A stretch of 64,000 nt of DNA from Acidobacteriota bacterium (GTDB lineage: Bacteria; Acidobacteriota; CAIWXX01): the NCBI GenBank assembly GCA_040755995.1, contig JBFMAF010000040.1:32001-96000 (forward strand), written 5' to 3'. Positions 19,263 to 29,246 of the stretch are shown here, piece by piece. The first letter of the stretch is position 1, and each line of letters begins with the position of its first letter. Both the position numbers and the translations under genes were made by a program. The notes below the pieces were generated by a model that saw only the letters and a program-made list of their open reading frames with translations, had not been told where the DNA came from and did not search any database.

Positions 19263-21350
19263 CTACCGCCTCCCCTCCATCTCTTCGGCGAGATCGCCGG
19301 CGCCGTAGATTTTGCGCAGCGACTCGATTATGGCGGCGGTGTGCACGGACACGCAGCGGTTGGCGGTTTCGTCGAAAATGAACCGGCCCGGCAGGCTCTC
19401 GATGTTCCCATCGAAAACGACACCGACGATCTCGCCCGCGGTGTTGACTACGGGCGAGCCGGAGTTGCCCCCGATGATGTCTGATGTGCAGACGAAGTTC
19501 ATCGGAGTCGAAAGGTCCAACTGGTCTCTCCCATTCAGCCAGCCCTCCGGCAGGTCGAACGGCGGCCGGTAGTCGAAGCTCGCGGCTCGGTCGTACAGGC
19601 CGAACAGAGTCGTCTTGGACGGCGCCTTCGTGCCGTTCATCGGAAAGCCCTTCACAACACCGGGCGAGAGCCGCAGGGTGGAGGTAGCATCGGGGTAGAT
19701 GGTCCTGCCGCCGACGGCGAAACGCGCCTTGCCGATCTTCTCGGCCGCGGACGTCAGCGCGCTTTCCACGTTCTGTTCCTGCCAGGTGTTCATTTCGCGC
19801 AAGATTGGATCGACGCGCAGCGCGAATCGGATGAGTGGATCCTCCGAAGCTCTGACTGCCTTCTCTCCCCCCTTCACCAGCCGCTGGCGGACGGCTGGAT
19901 CCGCAAGCCCTGTCCCACCAATGACCTCGTGTGCCACCTCAGCGGGGGCACGTCCCGCCAGCGCCGCCTTCACAAACGGATCGTCCGCGCCGAGGGCTTC
20001 CAGCGACTGCGCAAGGCTGTCGGCTGCCAGCGCCTCTTCAAAGTCGAGGTAGACGGGCGCAGGAGAGAACATCTTGAAGCGAAGCGAATCGAGACGAGAG
20101 TCGTAGAATTCCTTGAGGCGCGCTCCGTCGGGCTTCTTCACCTCGACCACGTACCGTACGATGTTGAGCGCAATTGCCGGAAGCCGATAGCCGCCGATAC
20201 GACGGAAGTAGTACGCAGAGTATTTCTCAGCAGCCTTCTCTTCGGCAGCCGCCACCGCGTCCCATGCGTCGCCGTAGTCGCTCTGCCATTGCTCGTGGCC
20301 CGCGATGAGCTTCCGCAGCTCCGTCTCCTCCTTCATCTTCTGCGCCATCAGTCGAGGATCCAGCAGGCCCGCGTGCTCGCCGTCGCGCGACTTGATGCGG
20401 TTGGATAGGCTGTAGAGCTGTGCCGACGCGCGGCGCGCCTGCTCGGGTCCCTGTGTGGCGAAGCGTTTGACGGCATCAAGCTGCCGGCGCCAGTCCTTGA
20501 GACGAACCGGGTACGTGTAGTCTCGCTCGAATTCAAGTTGCTTCACGGTCAGGAGCCTATCCGTCGATCCGGGGTGGCCCGAGACGAACACCAGCTCTCC
20601 GTCTGCAGCGCCGTTGGCGTTCCATCGTAGAAAGGCGGGACTCTGAATGGGCACGCCATTCTCGTACACACGAAAGACTGTGATGTCCAAGTCGTAGCGC
20701 GGGTAGGTGAAGTTGTCCGGGTCTCCTCCGTAAAACGCGATTTGCATCTCTGGCGCGAACACCAGGCGCACATCCGTGTACTTCTTGTATCGATAGAGCC
20801 AATACTCTCCGCCGTGATAGAGCGCGATCACATCCGACCGCAGTCCGGTTCCGGCGAGGCTTTCCTTCTCGATCTTGGCCTTCTCGGCATTTCGGGCATC
20901 GAGTGCGTCCTCCTCGGTCATGCCCGGTTTCACGACACCCTGGACGCGCGCCGTCACGTCTTCCATCGAGATGAGGACGTTGAGCTCGATGTCCGGGCAC
21001 TTGAGCTCTTCTTCGCGCTTCCGCGCGTGGAAGCCGTCCTTCACGTAGTCCTTCTCCGGTGTGGACACCTTCTGGAGCTGGCCGCGCCCTACGTGGTGGT
21101 TCGTAAGCACCAGTCCATCCGGGCTCACGAAGGAGCCCGAGGCCCCGTCGCCGATGCGCACTGAAGCGAGACGCAGGTGGTCGAGCCACTCCTGCGAGGG
21201 CTCGAACCCGTGCCGCTCCTTCAGCAGCGCGCGCGGCGGGTTGTCGAAAGTCCACATCCCTTCGTCGCCTGAGGCAACAGACGAGGCGAGGAGGATCGAG
21301 ATGCTTACCATGGTGCAAATCAACAGGGTGGGACCAATTCGTGCTGTCAT
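19263..21350 (-). CDS. S46 family dipeptidyl peptidase
   Basis: DEGMWTF, LTNHH, GGDPDNFTYPR, YPDA, DIIGGNSGSP. Confidence 0.95.
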   Translation of the reverse strand: MTARIGPTLLICTMVSISILLASSVASGDEGMWTFDNPPRALLKERHGFEPSQEWLDHLRLASVRIGDGASGSFVSPDGLVLTNHHVGRGQLQKVSTPEKDYVKDGFHARKREEELKCPDIELNVLISMEDVTARVQGVVKPGMTEEDALDARNAEKAKIEKESLAGTGLRSDVIALYHGGEYWLYRYKKYTDVRLVFAPEMQIAFYGGDPDNFTYPRYDLDITVFRVYENGVPIQSPAFLRWNANGAADGELVFVSGHPGSTDRLLTVKQLEFERDYTYPVRLKDWRRQLDAVKRFATQGPEQARRASAQLYSLSNRIKSRDGEHAGLLDPRLMAQKMKEETELRKLIAGHEQWQSDYGDAWDAVAAAEEKAAEKYSAYYFRRIGGYRLPAIALNIVRYVVEVKKPDGARLKEFYDSRLDSLRFKMFSPAPVYLDFEEALAADSLAQSLEALGADDPFVKAALAGRAPAEVAHEVIGGTGLADPAVRQRLVKGGEKAVRASEDPLIRFALRVDPILREMNTWQEQNVESALTSAAEKIGKARFAVGGRTIYPDATSTLRLSPGVVKGFPMNGTKAPSKTTLFGLYDRAASFDYRPPFDLPEGWLNGRDQLDLSTPMNFVCTSDIIGGNSGSPVVNTAGEIVGVVFDGNIESLPGRFIFDETANRCVSVHTAAIIESLRKIYGAGDLAEEMEGRR

Positions 21351-21682
21351 TCTGCCTCCGATCGTCTCGACGTTTCCGTCCGGGCTGCAGCGGGACATCC
21401 TGTCCGATCCCGCGACCGGACCGCGAGCAATGGTAGCACACGTGACGGGCAGCCAGGCAACTTCGCCCGGGTCGGGTGGCGGGTCCGGCAGTTTGACATG
21501 CTCCGCCTCGCTCGCTACCATGCTATCCCCATGGACGGGAGAATGCTCCCCATGCACGTCACTGCACCCCACCGGGGTGCTCCGACTCAAGCAGCGACGG
21601 TGCCGGTCCGGCATGGACGGCAGGATCGCCGCGTCACTCTGTATCACATTCATTACCCATAACACCCAACTAAGGAGGATAC

Positions 21683-22612
21683 ATGCGTAAGAAGATCACG
21701 GTCATTGGCGCCGGGCGCGTGGGCGAGACTACGACTCACATCCTGGCGAAGAGGGCCCTGGGCGATATCGTGTTGGTGGATATCGTCCCGAACATGGCTG
21801 AGGGCAAGGCACTGGACCTCATGCAGCTCAGGCCGATCGATGACTCTGACGTGACGATCACGGGCACGACGAGCTACGAGCCGACGGCCGGCTCGGACGT
21901 CGTCGTCATCACGTCCGGCATGCCGCGCAAGCCGGGTGAGAGCCGCGAGGATCTGCTGAAGAAGAACATCGCCATTGTGAAGCCGGTCTCCGAGCAGGTG
22001 ATGAAGCACTCGCCGAACGCCTTCATCATCATGGTCGCGAACCCGCTCGACACGATGACCTGGGTGGCGAAGAAGATCACGGGCTGGCCGCGCAACCGCG
22101 TATTCGGCATGGCCGGCATTCTGGACACGGCGCGGCTCCGCTGCTTCCTGGCAATGGAGCTGGGCTGCTCGGTGAAGGACGTCCAGGCGTTCGTGCTCGG
22201 GGGCCATGGTGACGAGATGGTGCCGGTGGTGCGCTACGCGTCGATGGGCGGAATCCCGGTCGAGAAGCTCGTGCCCAAGGAGAGGCTCGATGCGATCGTG
22301 AAGCGCACGCGTGGAGCCGGAGGCGAGATCGTGAAGCTGCTCGGCTTCAGCGCCTACTACTCGCCGGCCGCCGCCGCGGTCGAAATGGTCCAGTCCGTGC
22401 TGAAGGACGAGAAGAGGATCGTGCCCTGCTCGGCATACCTCGAAGGCGAATACGGCGCGAAGGACATCTACCTGGGCGTGCCGGTCATGCTCGGGAAGAA
22501 CGGCATGGAGAAGATCTTCGAGATCGATCTGACCGACGAAGAGAAGGGCATGCTGGCCAATTCAGTCAAACTCTGCTCCGAGTCAATCGACGAGGCCCGC
22601 AAGCTTCTGTAG
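21683..22612 (+). CDS. mdh: Malate dehydrogenase (LDH-like)
   Basis: GAGRVG, PRKPGESREDL, NPLD, LDTAR, LGGHGD; AGGAGG RBS. Confidence 0.93.
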   Translation: MRKKITVIGAGRVGETTTHILAKRALGDIVLVDIVPNMAEGKALDLMQLRPIDDSDVTITGTTSYEPTAGSDVVVITSGMPRKPGESREDLLKKNIAIVKPVSEQVMKHSPNAFIIMVANPLDTMTWVAKKITGWPRNRVFGMAGILDTARLRCFLAMELGCSVKDVQAFVLGGHGDEMVPVVRYASMGGIPVEKLVPKERLDAIVKRTRGAGGEIVKLLGFSAYYSPAAAAVEMVQSVLKDEKRIVPCSAYLEGEYGAKDIYLGVPVMLGKNGMEKIFEIDLTDEEKGMLANSVKLCSESIDEARKLL

Positions 22613-22632
22613 GAAATCGTCTCTCTTCCGAC

Positions 22633-22668
22633 GGGGGTCCGCCTACGGGCGCGACCCCCTCGCTCTTT
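22633..22668 (+). terminator. Probable intrinsic terminator after mdh
   Basis: GGGGGTCCGCC-TACG-GGCGCGACCCCC hairpin followed by a weak T-rich tail. Confidence 0.55.
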
Positions 22669-22851
22669 GGGGATGGGTGTGTGTCCGTGCCGCGCCATTG
22701 CGGTGTTGGGTAGCCGTTCTTGGGCGCGTGCGAGTTGACGATGTTAGCAGGCGCGGGCTCGCCGACTATTGGCGTCGACGGCAACGGCGGGGTTGGGTAT
22801 GATCGGCCGTTGAAGGTGAGCCAGGATCAGGATGGGAGTGCCTGAGAACCC

Positions 22852-24402
22852 ATGAACAACATCTTCCTGACCAACCTCTGCAACAATCACTGCCCGTACT
22901 GTTTCGCGCGGGGGAAGCTGAAGCGGTCTCACCAGGAGTGTGTCGACGGCGACTTTCTGTCGATGGCGGATGCCAGGCTCGTCGCCGAGTTCTTCGAGGA
23001 GAGCAAGCTGATTTCGTTCCTGGGCGGCGAGCCGACGCTCCACCCGCAGTTTCGGGAGATAACCGACATCTTCGTGGAGAAGGGGTATCAGATATTCCTT
23101 TTCACCAATGGGCTCTTCGACAGATCCATCCGGGAGTTTCTGAGTGGGCAGCAGCAGCTCTTTTACGTATTCAACATCAACGACCCCGCGCTGTACCGGG
23201 AAGACCAGTGGAGAATGATCCTGGACAATTTGGGAGCCCTGAGAGAGAAGGTCAATTCCCTCGCCCTGGCGATCTATGACGTCGAGCAGGACTGCTCTCA
23301 CGTTGCGAGGCTGGCGATAGAGTACGGGATCAAGGCCGTCAAGATCGCCGTGGCTGCTCCGAGTCATGACGACGGCAATCGAAGGATCCCCTTTGAGGAG
23401 AAACACCGAGTGGCCGGCCGGCTCGCCGAATTCGTTGAGCGCCTGTCCGAGGCCGGCATCCTGGCCTACGGCGAATGCGAGAAGCTGAAACCTTGCATGT
23501 TCGACGACCGATCCAGGGAGAGGATTCTCGCGTCGAAATGGATCGGGAATCTGTATGTAAACAAGCAGTGCAGAGAAGGTGGGAACATAGACATCGGCCC
23601 TGATCTGACCGTCTGGCGCTGCTACTCTTTTCCGAAGTCCATGGGAAAGAGGCTGACCGATTTCCGGAGCCCGGAGGAAATTCGAGATTACTCCAGGCAG
23701 AAGTACGACCTTCTGTTCTTCAACTACTACTGGCTGGACAGGTGCTTTGACTGCGACTATTCAATGGACCAGCGATGTGAAGGCGGCTGTCTGCTGAGGA
23801 TTCTCCGGAAATACGAAGAGCGTGAAGCCTACTTCTACGATCACCACTACGCGGAGCAGCTGGAGCGCGCGGGAGATGCCAGACTGGCCAGCCTCTATGA
23901 GAACCCGAGTCGCATCGAGCTGGCGAATATCGAGGGACGAGCTCCGAGACTGACGGTGGAGAATGCGCGCGCGGATGGCGCGGAGATAGTGCTGACGCCG
24001 TTCCTCCACCATTTCTCGCCGTTCGACGTGACCCTCTTCACAGTCCACGGCGAAGCGCGTTTTTTCCCCAGCCGGATCAAGGTTTGCGCGGGGCCCGTCC
24101 GCGTGGCGCTGGAGCCTGGAGGGACCGGTTGGAGGAGGACCAGGTGCGTCACGGAGGCAGACTTCTTGTCCGAACCGTGGCCGATCTACGAGACGGACTT
24201 CCGAGAGATCACGTGGCTGCACCCGGAGATAACACTACCGGACCCCAGCGCCGTGGCCATCTATTACACGGCGATCGCCGAGGACGGCCGTGAGATCTTC
24301 TGTTCCCTATCGCCGCAGGGATTCTCCTGGCTTGGTTGGACGTCCGGGTCCGAGTGCCTCAACGTGAGAGACCTCGTGCGGTCTCGACGGGAAACGCTGT
24401 GA
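22852..24402 (+). CDS. Radical SAM protein with SPASM-like domain and C-terminal extension
   Basis: CNNHCPYC, GGEPTLHP, FTNG, C..G.IDIGPD..VWRC, CFDC..CEGGC. Confidence 0.88.
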   Translation: MNNIFLTNLCNNHCPYCFARGKLKRSHQECVDGDFLSMADARLVAEFFEESKLISFLGGEPTLHPQFREITDIFVEKGYQIFLFTNGLFDRSIREFLSGQQQLFYVFNINDPALYREDQWRMILDNLGALREKVNSLALAIYDVEQDCSHVARLAIEYGIKAVKIAVAAPSHDDGNRRIPFEEKHRVAGRLAEFVERLSEAGILAYGECEKLKPCMFDDRSRERILASKWIGNLYVNKQCREGGNIDIGPDLTVWRCYSFPKSMGKRLTDFRSPEEIRDYSRQKYDLLFFNYYWLDRCFDCDYSMDQRCEGGCLLRILRKYEEREAYFYDHHYAEQLERAGDARLASLYENPSRIELANIEGRAPRLTVENARADGAEIVLTPFLHHFSPFDVTLFTVHGEARFFPSRIKVCAGPVRVALEPGGTGWRRTRCVTEADFLSEPWPIYETDFREITWLHPEITLPDPSAVAIYYTAIAEDGREIFCSLSPQGFSWLGWTSGSECLNVRDLVRSRRETL

Positions 24403-24409
24403 GCCGGGT

Positions 24410-26479
24410 ATGAACGGGGGACCTGTCCGCATGGCCGAGACGGGTGTGGACGTATGCCTTGTCTACATGCCATACGCCCCTATCGAGCCTCCTCCTCTCG
24501 GCATCGCACTGCTTGCGGGTGGAGCGAGGCGGGCGGGACTCTCCGTCGCAGCCCTGTATCCATCGTTCATGTTCGCAGAGAGAATCGGCTACTTCGTCTA
24601 CAGGGCCGTCCTGGAGGCGATCGGCGGATTTCAGATTGCCGAGTGGACGTTTTCGAAAGTCGCCTTCGCGGATTTCCGACCTGATGACGAGACCTTCCTC
24701 AGCGAGTACCTCGACTCCGAGCGACGACACGACCCGGCCAAGTTCGACCTGCTTTTTCGCGACGAGGGCTCCTTCCTTGAGGCCCTGCAGGGGATACGCG
24801 CTGCGGCCGAGCCGTTCATCAACGAGCTTGCCCGGGAGATCATGGAGCGGCAGCCCAAGATCGTCGGCTGCAGCTCGACGTACTATCAGAACTGCTCGTC
24901 CCTCGCGCTGCTGCGCAAGCTCAAGGAGCTCAGTCCCGGCACGATCACGATGATGGGTGGGGCCAACTGTGAAGGCTCCATGGGCGTGGTCGTGAAACGC
25001 GCATTTCCGTGGGTGGACGTGGTGGTTTCAGGCGAGGCCGATGAGCTGTTTGTGCCTCTCTGCCGGAGGCTCCTCGAACCGGGCAAAGACGCCCTCGGGC
25101 AAGAACTCCCCTCAGGTGTATTTACGTCGCGGATTCAGGGCGAAACCCCGGCGATGGACGCTCCCGTTGCGATGGTCACCGGCTTGAGCGAGCTCCCGCT
25201 GCCGGACTACAGCGAGTACTTCGAGGAACGTGCCTCGTTCTCATACGAGACAGCTCTCTCGGCGCCCAGTCTGTCCATCGAAACGTCACGTGGATGCTGG
25301 TGGGGCCACAAGGGCCAGTGCGCATTCTGCGGAGGAAACGGTCAGAGGATCTGCTACCGGGCGAAGAGACCCGACCAGGTGCTGCTCGAGATTGGCGCAC
25401 TCAGCGACAGATACTCGGTAAGTCGGTTCGTTGCCACGGACAACATCCTTGACCTGTCATATTTCACGAGTGTGCTGCGCGAGCTGGCCGGCACGGATCC
25501 CCCGATGTACTCGTTCTTTTTCTCCGTCGCATCGAACCTGAGCGAGGCTCAGTGCAAACGTCTCGTCGAGGCCGGCGTGACCAGAATGCAGCCGGGCATC
25601 GAGAGTCTACACGACGAGCTTCTGGCGCTCATGAACAAGGGGAACACCGCGGTCGGAAACATAGCGCTGCTGAAGTTTGCTTGCGAGAACGGCATCAAGA
25701 CTACCTGGAACATCCTCGTGGATATCCCAGGGGAACAGGACGAGTGGTACGGCGAGATGGCTGAGCTGATCCCCCTCATCGCACACCTTCAGCCGCCTCA
25801 CAAGATCATGTCGGTTCACTTCGAGCGCTTCAGTTCGTACCATCGCGATCAAGCCCGTCACGGGCTCGCTCTCACGCCGCATCGCTGGTACTCGTACGTC
25901 TATCCGCTCACGCCAGGTGAGTTGCATGATTTCGCCCGCCTCTTCGAGAATCAAAACCGCGCAGCGCCGGGGGAGACGCGGGGCAGGAGGGCGCTTGAGA
26001 AAGCCGCGCTGGCGTGGATGCAGTCGCACAGCCGGGGCGAGTCGGAACAGGAGCCGCCGATGCTGACGGTGAGGGAAGAGAACGGCCGCTCAGTCATCAG
26101 GGATACGAGACCCTGTGCTATCGCGAACGAGGCGGTGCTCGACGACATCGCAGCCGTCGTCTATCGCGCCTGCCACGCGCCGCGGTCGCTCGAGACCCTC
26201 TCCAGAATCCTGGGCTCTTCGACGGAGCGGTTCTTCTCGGGCGCCGCCATCAGCCGGGCGGTCGAGGACTTGAGCGAACGCCGGCTCCTCTTGCAGCTCA
26301 GCGGCCGGCACCTCGCTCTGGCCCTGCGCGAGCCCCTCAAGCCCTTCGTCTATCCGCCCGATTACAGCCTCCCACGCCTGCAGTCAGTGCTGTCGAGGAG
26401 CGGGAAGTCGTACTGGAGAGTCCTTGAAGCCCTCGACAGGCAAGTGGCATCCCGGCACCTCTCCATTTTGCTCGCGTGA
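24410..26479 (+). CDS. RiPP maturation B12-dependent radical SAM C-methyltransferase-like protein, paralog 1
   Basis: B12-binding GGANCEG, SGEAD, ETSRGCWWG..CAFC, QPGIESL, HLQPP, C-terminal winged-helix-like region. Confidence 0.88.
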   Translation: MNGGPVRMAETGVDVCLVYMPYAPIEPPPLGIALLAGGARRAGLSVAALYPSFMFAERIGYFVYRAVLEAIGGFQIAEWTFSKVAFADFRPDDETFLSEYLDSERRHDPAKFDLLFRDEGSFLEALQGIRAAAEPFINELAREIMERQPKIVGCSSTYYQNCSSLALLRKLKELSPGTITMMGGANCEGSMGVVVKRAFPWVDVVVSGEADELFVPLCRRLLEPGKDALGQELPSGVFTSRIQGETPAMDAPVAMVTGLSELPLPDYSEYFEERASFSYETALSAPSLSIETSRGCWWGHKGQCAFCGGNGQRICYRAKRPDQVLLEIGALSDRYSVSRFVATDNILDLSYFTSVLRELAGTDPPMYSFFFSVASNLSEAQCKRLVEAGVTRMQPGIESLHDELLALMNKGNTAVGNIALLKFACENGIKTTWNILVDIPGEQDEWYGEMAELIPLIAHLQPPHKIMSVHFERFSSYHRDQARHGLALTPHRWYSYVYPLTPGELHDFARLFENQNRAAPGETRGRRALEKAALAWMQSHSRGESEQEPPMLTVREENGRSVIRDTRPCAIANEAVLDDIAAVVYRACHAPRSLETLSRILGSSTERFFSGAAISRAVEDLSERRLLLQLSGRHLALALREPLKPFVYPPDYSLPRLQSVLSRSGKSYWRVLEALDRQVASRHLSILLA

Positions 26480-26523
26480 GCGCGCGAGGGAGCCAGCGGG
26501 CTGGAGCCCCGCGGACAGGGAAT

Positions 26524-26904
26524 CTACCGGAGGCCGAGTCCGCGCCGAAGGACGACTCGCAAGCGCCGCACAATGCGGACGGCATCATTCGCCTCAGGGA
26601 CGGTGGCCGTCATTCCAGGATAGCGGATGAGCACGCCATAGGGGTTGAGAGCCCGAACCAGCGGCGAGTGCGTGCGCAGACTCGTGTCGCATACGGCACA
26701 CAACTCCAGCAGATCTTCCAGATCGTGGATGCGCGGTGGCGTGACTCCGTGAGCCGTCAAGTAGGCTTTCAGGTACTTCTCCAGGCACTGCTGGCAATGA
26801 TAGCAGACCGCGTCAGGCAGTGGTTCCCTACGACGGCGATTCAGCGCGACGGCACTCTTGTAATCCGTCTCGGCCTTCGAGATCCACTCATCGAGCAGAC
26901 TCAC
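26524..26904 (-). CDS. HEPN domain protein (toxin)
   Basis: YHCQQCLEKYLKA, PPRIHDL, RYP. Confidence 0.88.
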   Translation of the reverse strand: MSLLDEWISKAETDYKSAVALNRRRREPLPDAVCYHCQQCLEKYLKAYLTAHGVTPPRIHDLEDLLELCAVCDTSLRTHSPLVRALNPYGVLIRYPGMTATVPEANDAVRIVRRLRVVLRRGLGLR

Positions 26905-27265
26905 GGCGATACAGCACCTTGCCCTTCTCTAGGATCTCGGCGATGAAGAAGTCGCCCATCGCGAGCCGGTCCTCGATCTCAGCGGGAGTGCGAACGATAA
27001 TGTCCATAGGCAAAAAGCGAACCTTGGCCACCTCCCTGACACGCCTGATCCGTTGCGCCATCAGCTCGTCGGAGTCCATGATCACCAACAGATCCAGGTC
27101 GCTGTTGATGTTCGGCGTACCGTATGCGTGAGAGCCGAAGAGGACAATCCCGTATGGTTGGAAGGTGTCGACGATGCGTCGTGTCATACTGGACAGGAGC
27201 GCATCCGTGACAGCGGGTCTCAGTTCTGCCCAGTTGACAGCCGCGAGATCTCTCCTTTCGCTCAT
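26888..27265 (-). CDS. Minimal nucleotidyltransferase (MNT antitoxin)
   Basis: LFGSHAYG..SDLDLLV, GKVLY; overlaps HEPN gene. Confidence 0.9.
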   Translation of the reverse strand: MSERRDLAAVNWAELRPAVTDALLSSMTRRIVDTFQPYGIVLFGSHAYGTPNINSDLDLLVIMDSDELMAQRIRRVREVAKVRFLPMDIIVRTPAEIEDRLAMGDFFIAEILEKGKVLYRRESAR

Positions 27266-27473
27266 GCCGTCCTTTTAACTCAAAAGCTTCTGCGGCGCAA
27301 CCGTGCTGGTGCACGTGGAGGAATCGAGCTGATCACAGCGAGGGCGCCAGGCAGGGACCCGAGCTCTTCTCCCTCGGCTCCCACGCCCGGTTGTGTCACC
27401 CCGGTTCGTATCTCCATCACCGCATCTCCTCCTGCTTCGACGCCCCTTCTGCTCGGAGCCGTGCACGAGGGAT

Positions 27474-27625
27474 CTACTTCACCCGGAATGCAACAGTATT
27501 GCTCTTGGCCCCGTTCGAGACAACATAGACGCTCACGTTTCCCTTCTTGCACTTGCTCGGAATCGTCACCTGCAGGCTCGTTGCCCCGGCGCGCTTGATC
27601 ACAGCCTTGTTCTTTCCGAAGTAGG
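27474..27625 (-). pseudogene. Orphan C-terminal IPT/TIG domain remnant
   Basis: YFGKNKAVIK..VTIP..VSVYV..SNTVAFRVK aligns with the tail of the 5363-7309 protein. Confidence 0.65.
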
Positions 27626-27731
27626 GGATATCGGCGGCGCTGCTCATGGCGAATTTGCAGGCCGCCCTCCGGGGGCAGGCGATGAACGCACCCGATGATG
27701 GACCCTGCCTCAACGAATCAGATGGCGATGA

Positions 27732-29246
27732 TCAATAGCCGTCCTTGCAATACGTGTCTGGGCCCGGCCGGATGAAGGTCGACAAGTCTAGCTGAGCGGT
27801 CGGATCCATGCGGTTATTGTCATCATGGTACTTGGAGGTGGCCAGCTTCAGTGGCACATTCATATGAGGTTGGAATCCATAACGGTCGACAAGGGTTCTA
27901 TACTGCCGGATGTTGCCACCCTTCTTCACCCTCAACACCATGTAGTCCGAGGCCCAGATGATGTCCCTGCCTTCAACCGGGTAATCCTCGCCCGGGAAGT
28001 GGTTCCTGACGCTCTGGAGCGCGCAGGCGACTGTGTCATTGGCTGCCGGGAAATGCGCGAGAACGGCGAGCCTCGGGCGGGGATTGATCTGGCTGAGAAG
28101 GTAGCCGTAAGCCCCTTGCGGCGTGTGGGAGCTCTCTTCTACCGTCTTGGCCATGTGGACCCCGAGTACAAACTTCGGGTCATTCCAATCCGGCGCCGTT
28201 ATGCCCATATTCTTCATCGTCAGGATTTCCGGCGGCAGGATCATCTCGTGTATGAACACGTCCGCGCCGGCCGCCATATCTATGCTGACAGTCTCGGGCC
28301 TCGTATCACTGCTGTAAACCATGGAAATGCCGTTCCATTCGACCTTGTACCCCATGGAGCCCTTCCTGCAGTGGATAACCGGGAAGTGCGTGATCTTCAC
28401 CCCGGTTTTCGGGTTGTCGTAAGCGACACCTACACTCTTCCAGTCCAATTCGATCGGGACCATCGCAAAGCCATCGTATGGGGGATCATCGGAGACGGGA
28501 ACGGGATCGCATGGCAGCCCCCACGAGTCTTTCGTAGGAACTTCATAATTATCAGGTCCAACGGTGGTCTTCAGGAAGCTAAAGCTCTCCGAATGCCAGC
28601 GCATCGCATCACGCATGTGAGAGCAGAAACTGTTGACACCATCCTGGTACTTCCTGGCCGGATTGGTTCCCCAGGCGGGAGACAGCACTCCCGAAGGCGA
28701 CTGACCCCAGACGTACAGTGGAGTCTTGCGGTCTTCGGCAGGTCCGAAGCAGTAGACGCATGGCAGATCGCCCATGTGATCTCCATGCAGGTGGGTGATG
28801 AAGATCTTGTCCATCCTGCCGTACGAAATCCCCATAGCGCCGTAGTTATTCGCTGTTCCCGGGCCGATGTCGAAGACGAAAGAGTCTTTCGCTTTGCCCC
28901 ATCCATCGAGGGGGCCTTTTTCCCATGGTCCTACCTCAACGAAGATGCTCATCAACTGCTGCGTCCTTCTGGCAGGGGGGAAGTTTGTCCCTAGAAACGT
29001 GATCCGCATTTCATCTTCGTCGAGGTTCTGCTGCATCTGCTCCGAGAAATCCGGCAATGTGAGCGGATAGTCATACCTCATCGTCTGATCCTTGGGCACC
29101 GGATAGCCGCAGGCATTAGGGCCGCATTGCAGGATATCGTCCGCAGCCCCAGCGATGGTGCCTCCAGCCGCCAGCCCGCCGATCGCAAGCCCGGAAGTCT
29201 TCAACAGGTCCCGCCTCGTTATTCCTTCGTTTGAATTCCCACTCAT
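27732..29246 (-). CDS. Tat-exported MBL-fold metallo-hydrolase (RNase Z/AtsA-like, GntH-like)
   Basis: TRRDLLK Tat motif, MRITFLGT, THLHGDH, SSDT, IHE, SHT. Confidence 0.85.
   Translation of the reverse strand: MSGNSNEGITRRDLLKTSGLAIGGLAAGGTIAGAADDILQCGPNACGYPVPKDQTMRYDYPLTLPDFSEQMQQNLDEDEMRITFLGTNFPPARRTQQLMSIFVEVGPWEKGPLDGWGKAKDSFVFDIGPGTANNYGAMGISYGRMDKIFITHLHGDHMGDLPCVYCFGPAEDRKTPLYVWGQSPSGVLSPAWGTNPARKYQDGVNSFCSHMRDAMRWHSESFSFLKTTVGPDNYEVPTKDSWGLPCDPVPVSDDPPYDGFAMVPIELDWKSVGVAYDNPKTGVKITHFPVIHCRKGSMGYKVEWNGISMVYSSDTRPETVSIDMAAGADVFIHEMILPPEILTMKNMGITAPDWNDPKFVLGVHMAKTVEESSHTPQGAYGYLLSQINPRPRLAVLAHFPAANDTVACALQSVRNHFPGEDYPVEGRDIIWASDYMVLRVKKGGNIRQYRTLVDRYGFQPHMNVPLKLATSKYHDDNNRMDPTAQLDLSTFIRPGPDTYCKDGY

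Noticed and set aside
27280..27420. Small ORF MEIRTGVTQPG with good RBS as a precursor peptide
   Set aside because: No leader or core pattern; sits among remnants and is more likely a truncated gene start
27732..29246. Guanitoxin biosynthesis
   Set aside because: Only family-level resemblance to GntH; no other gnt genes
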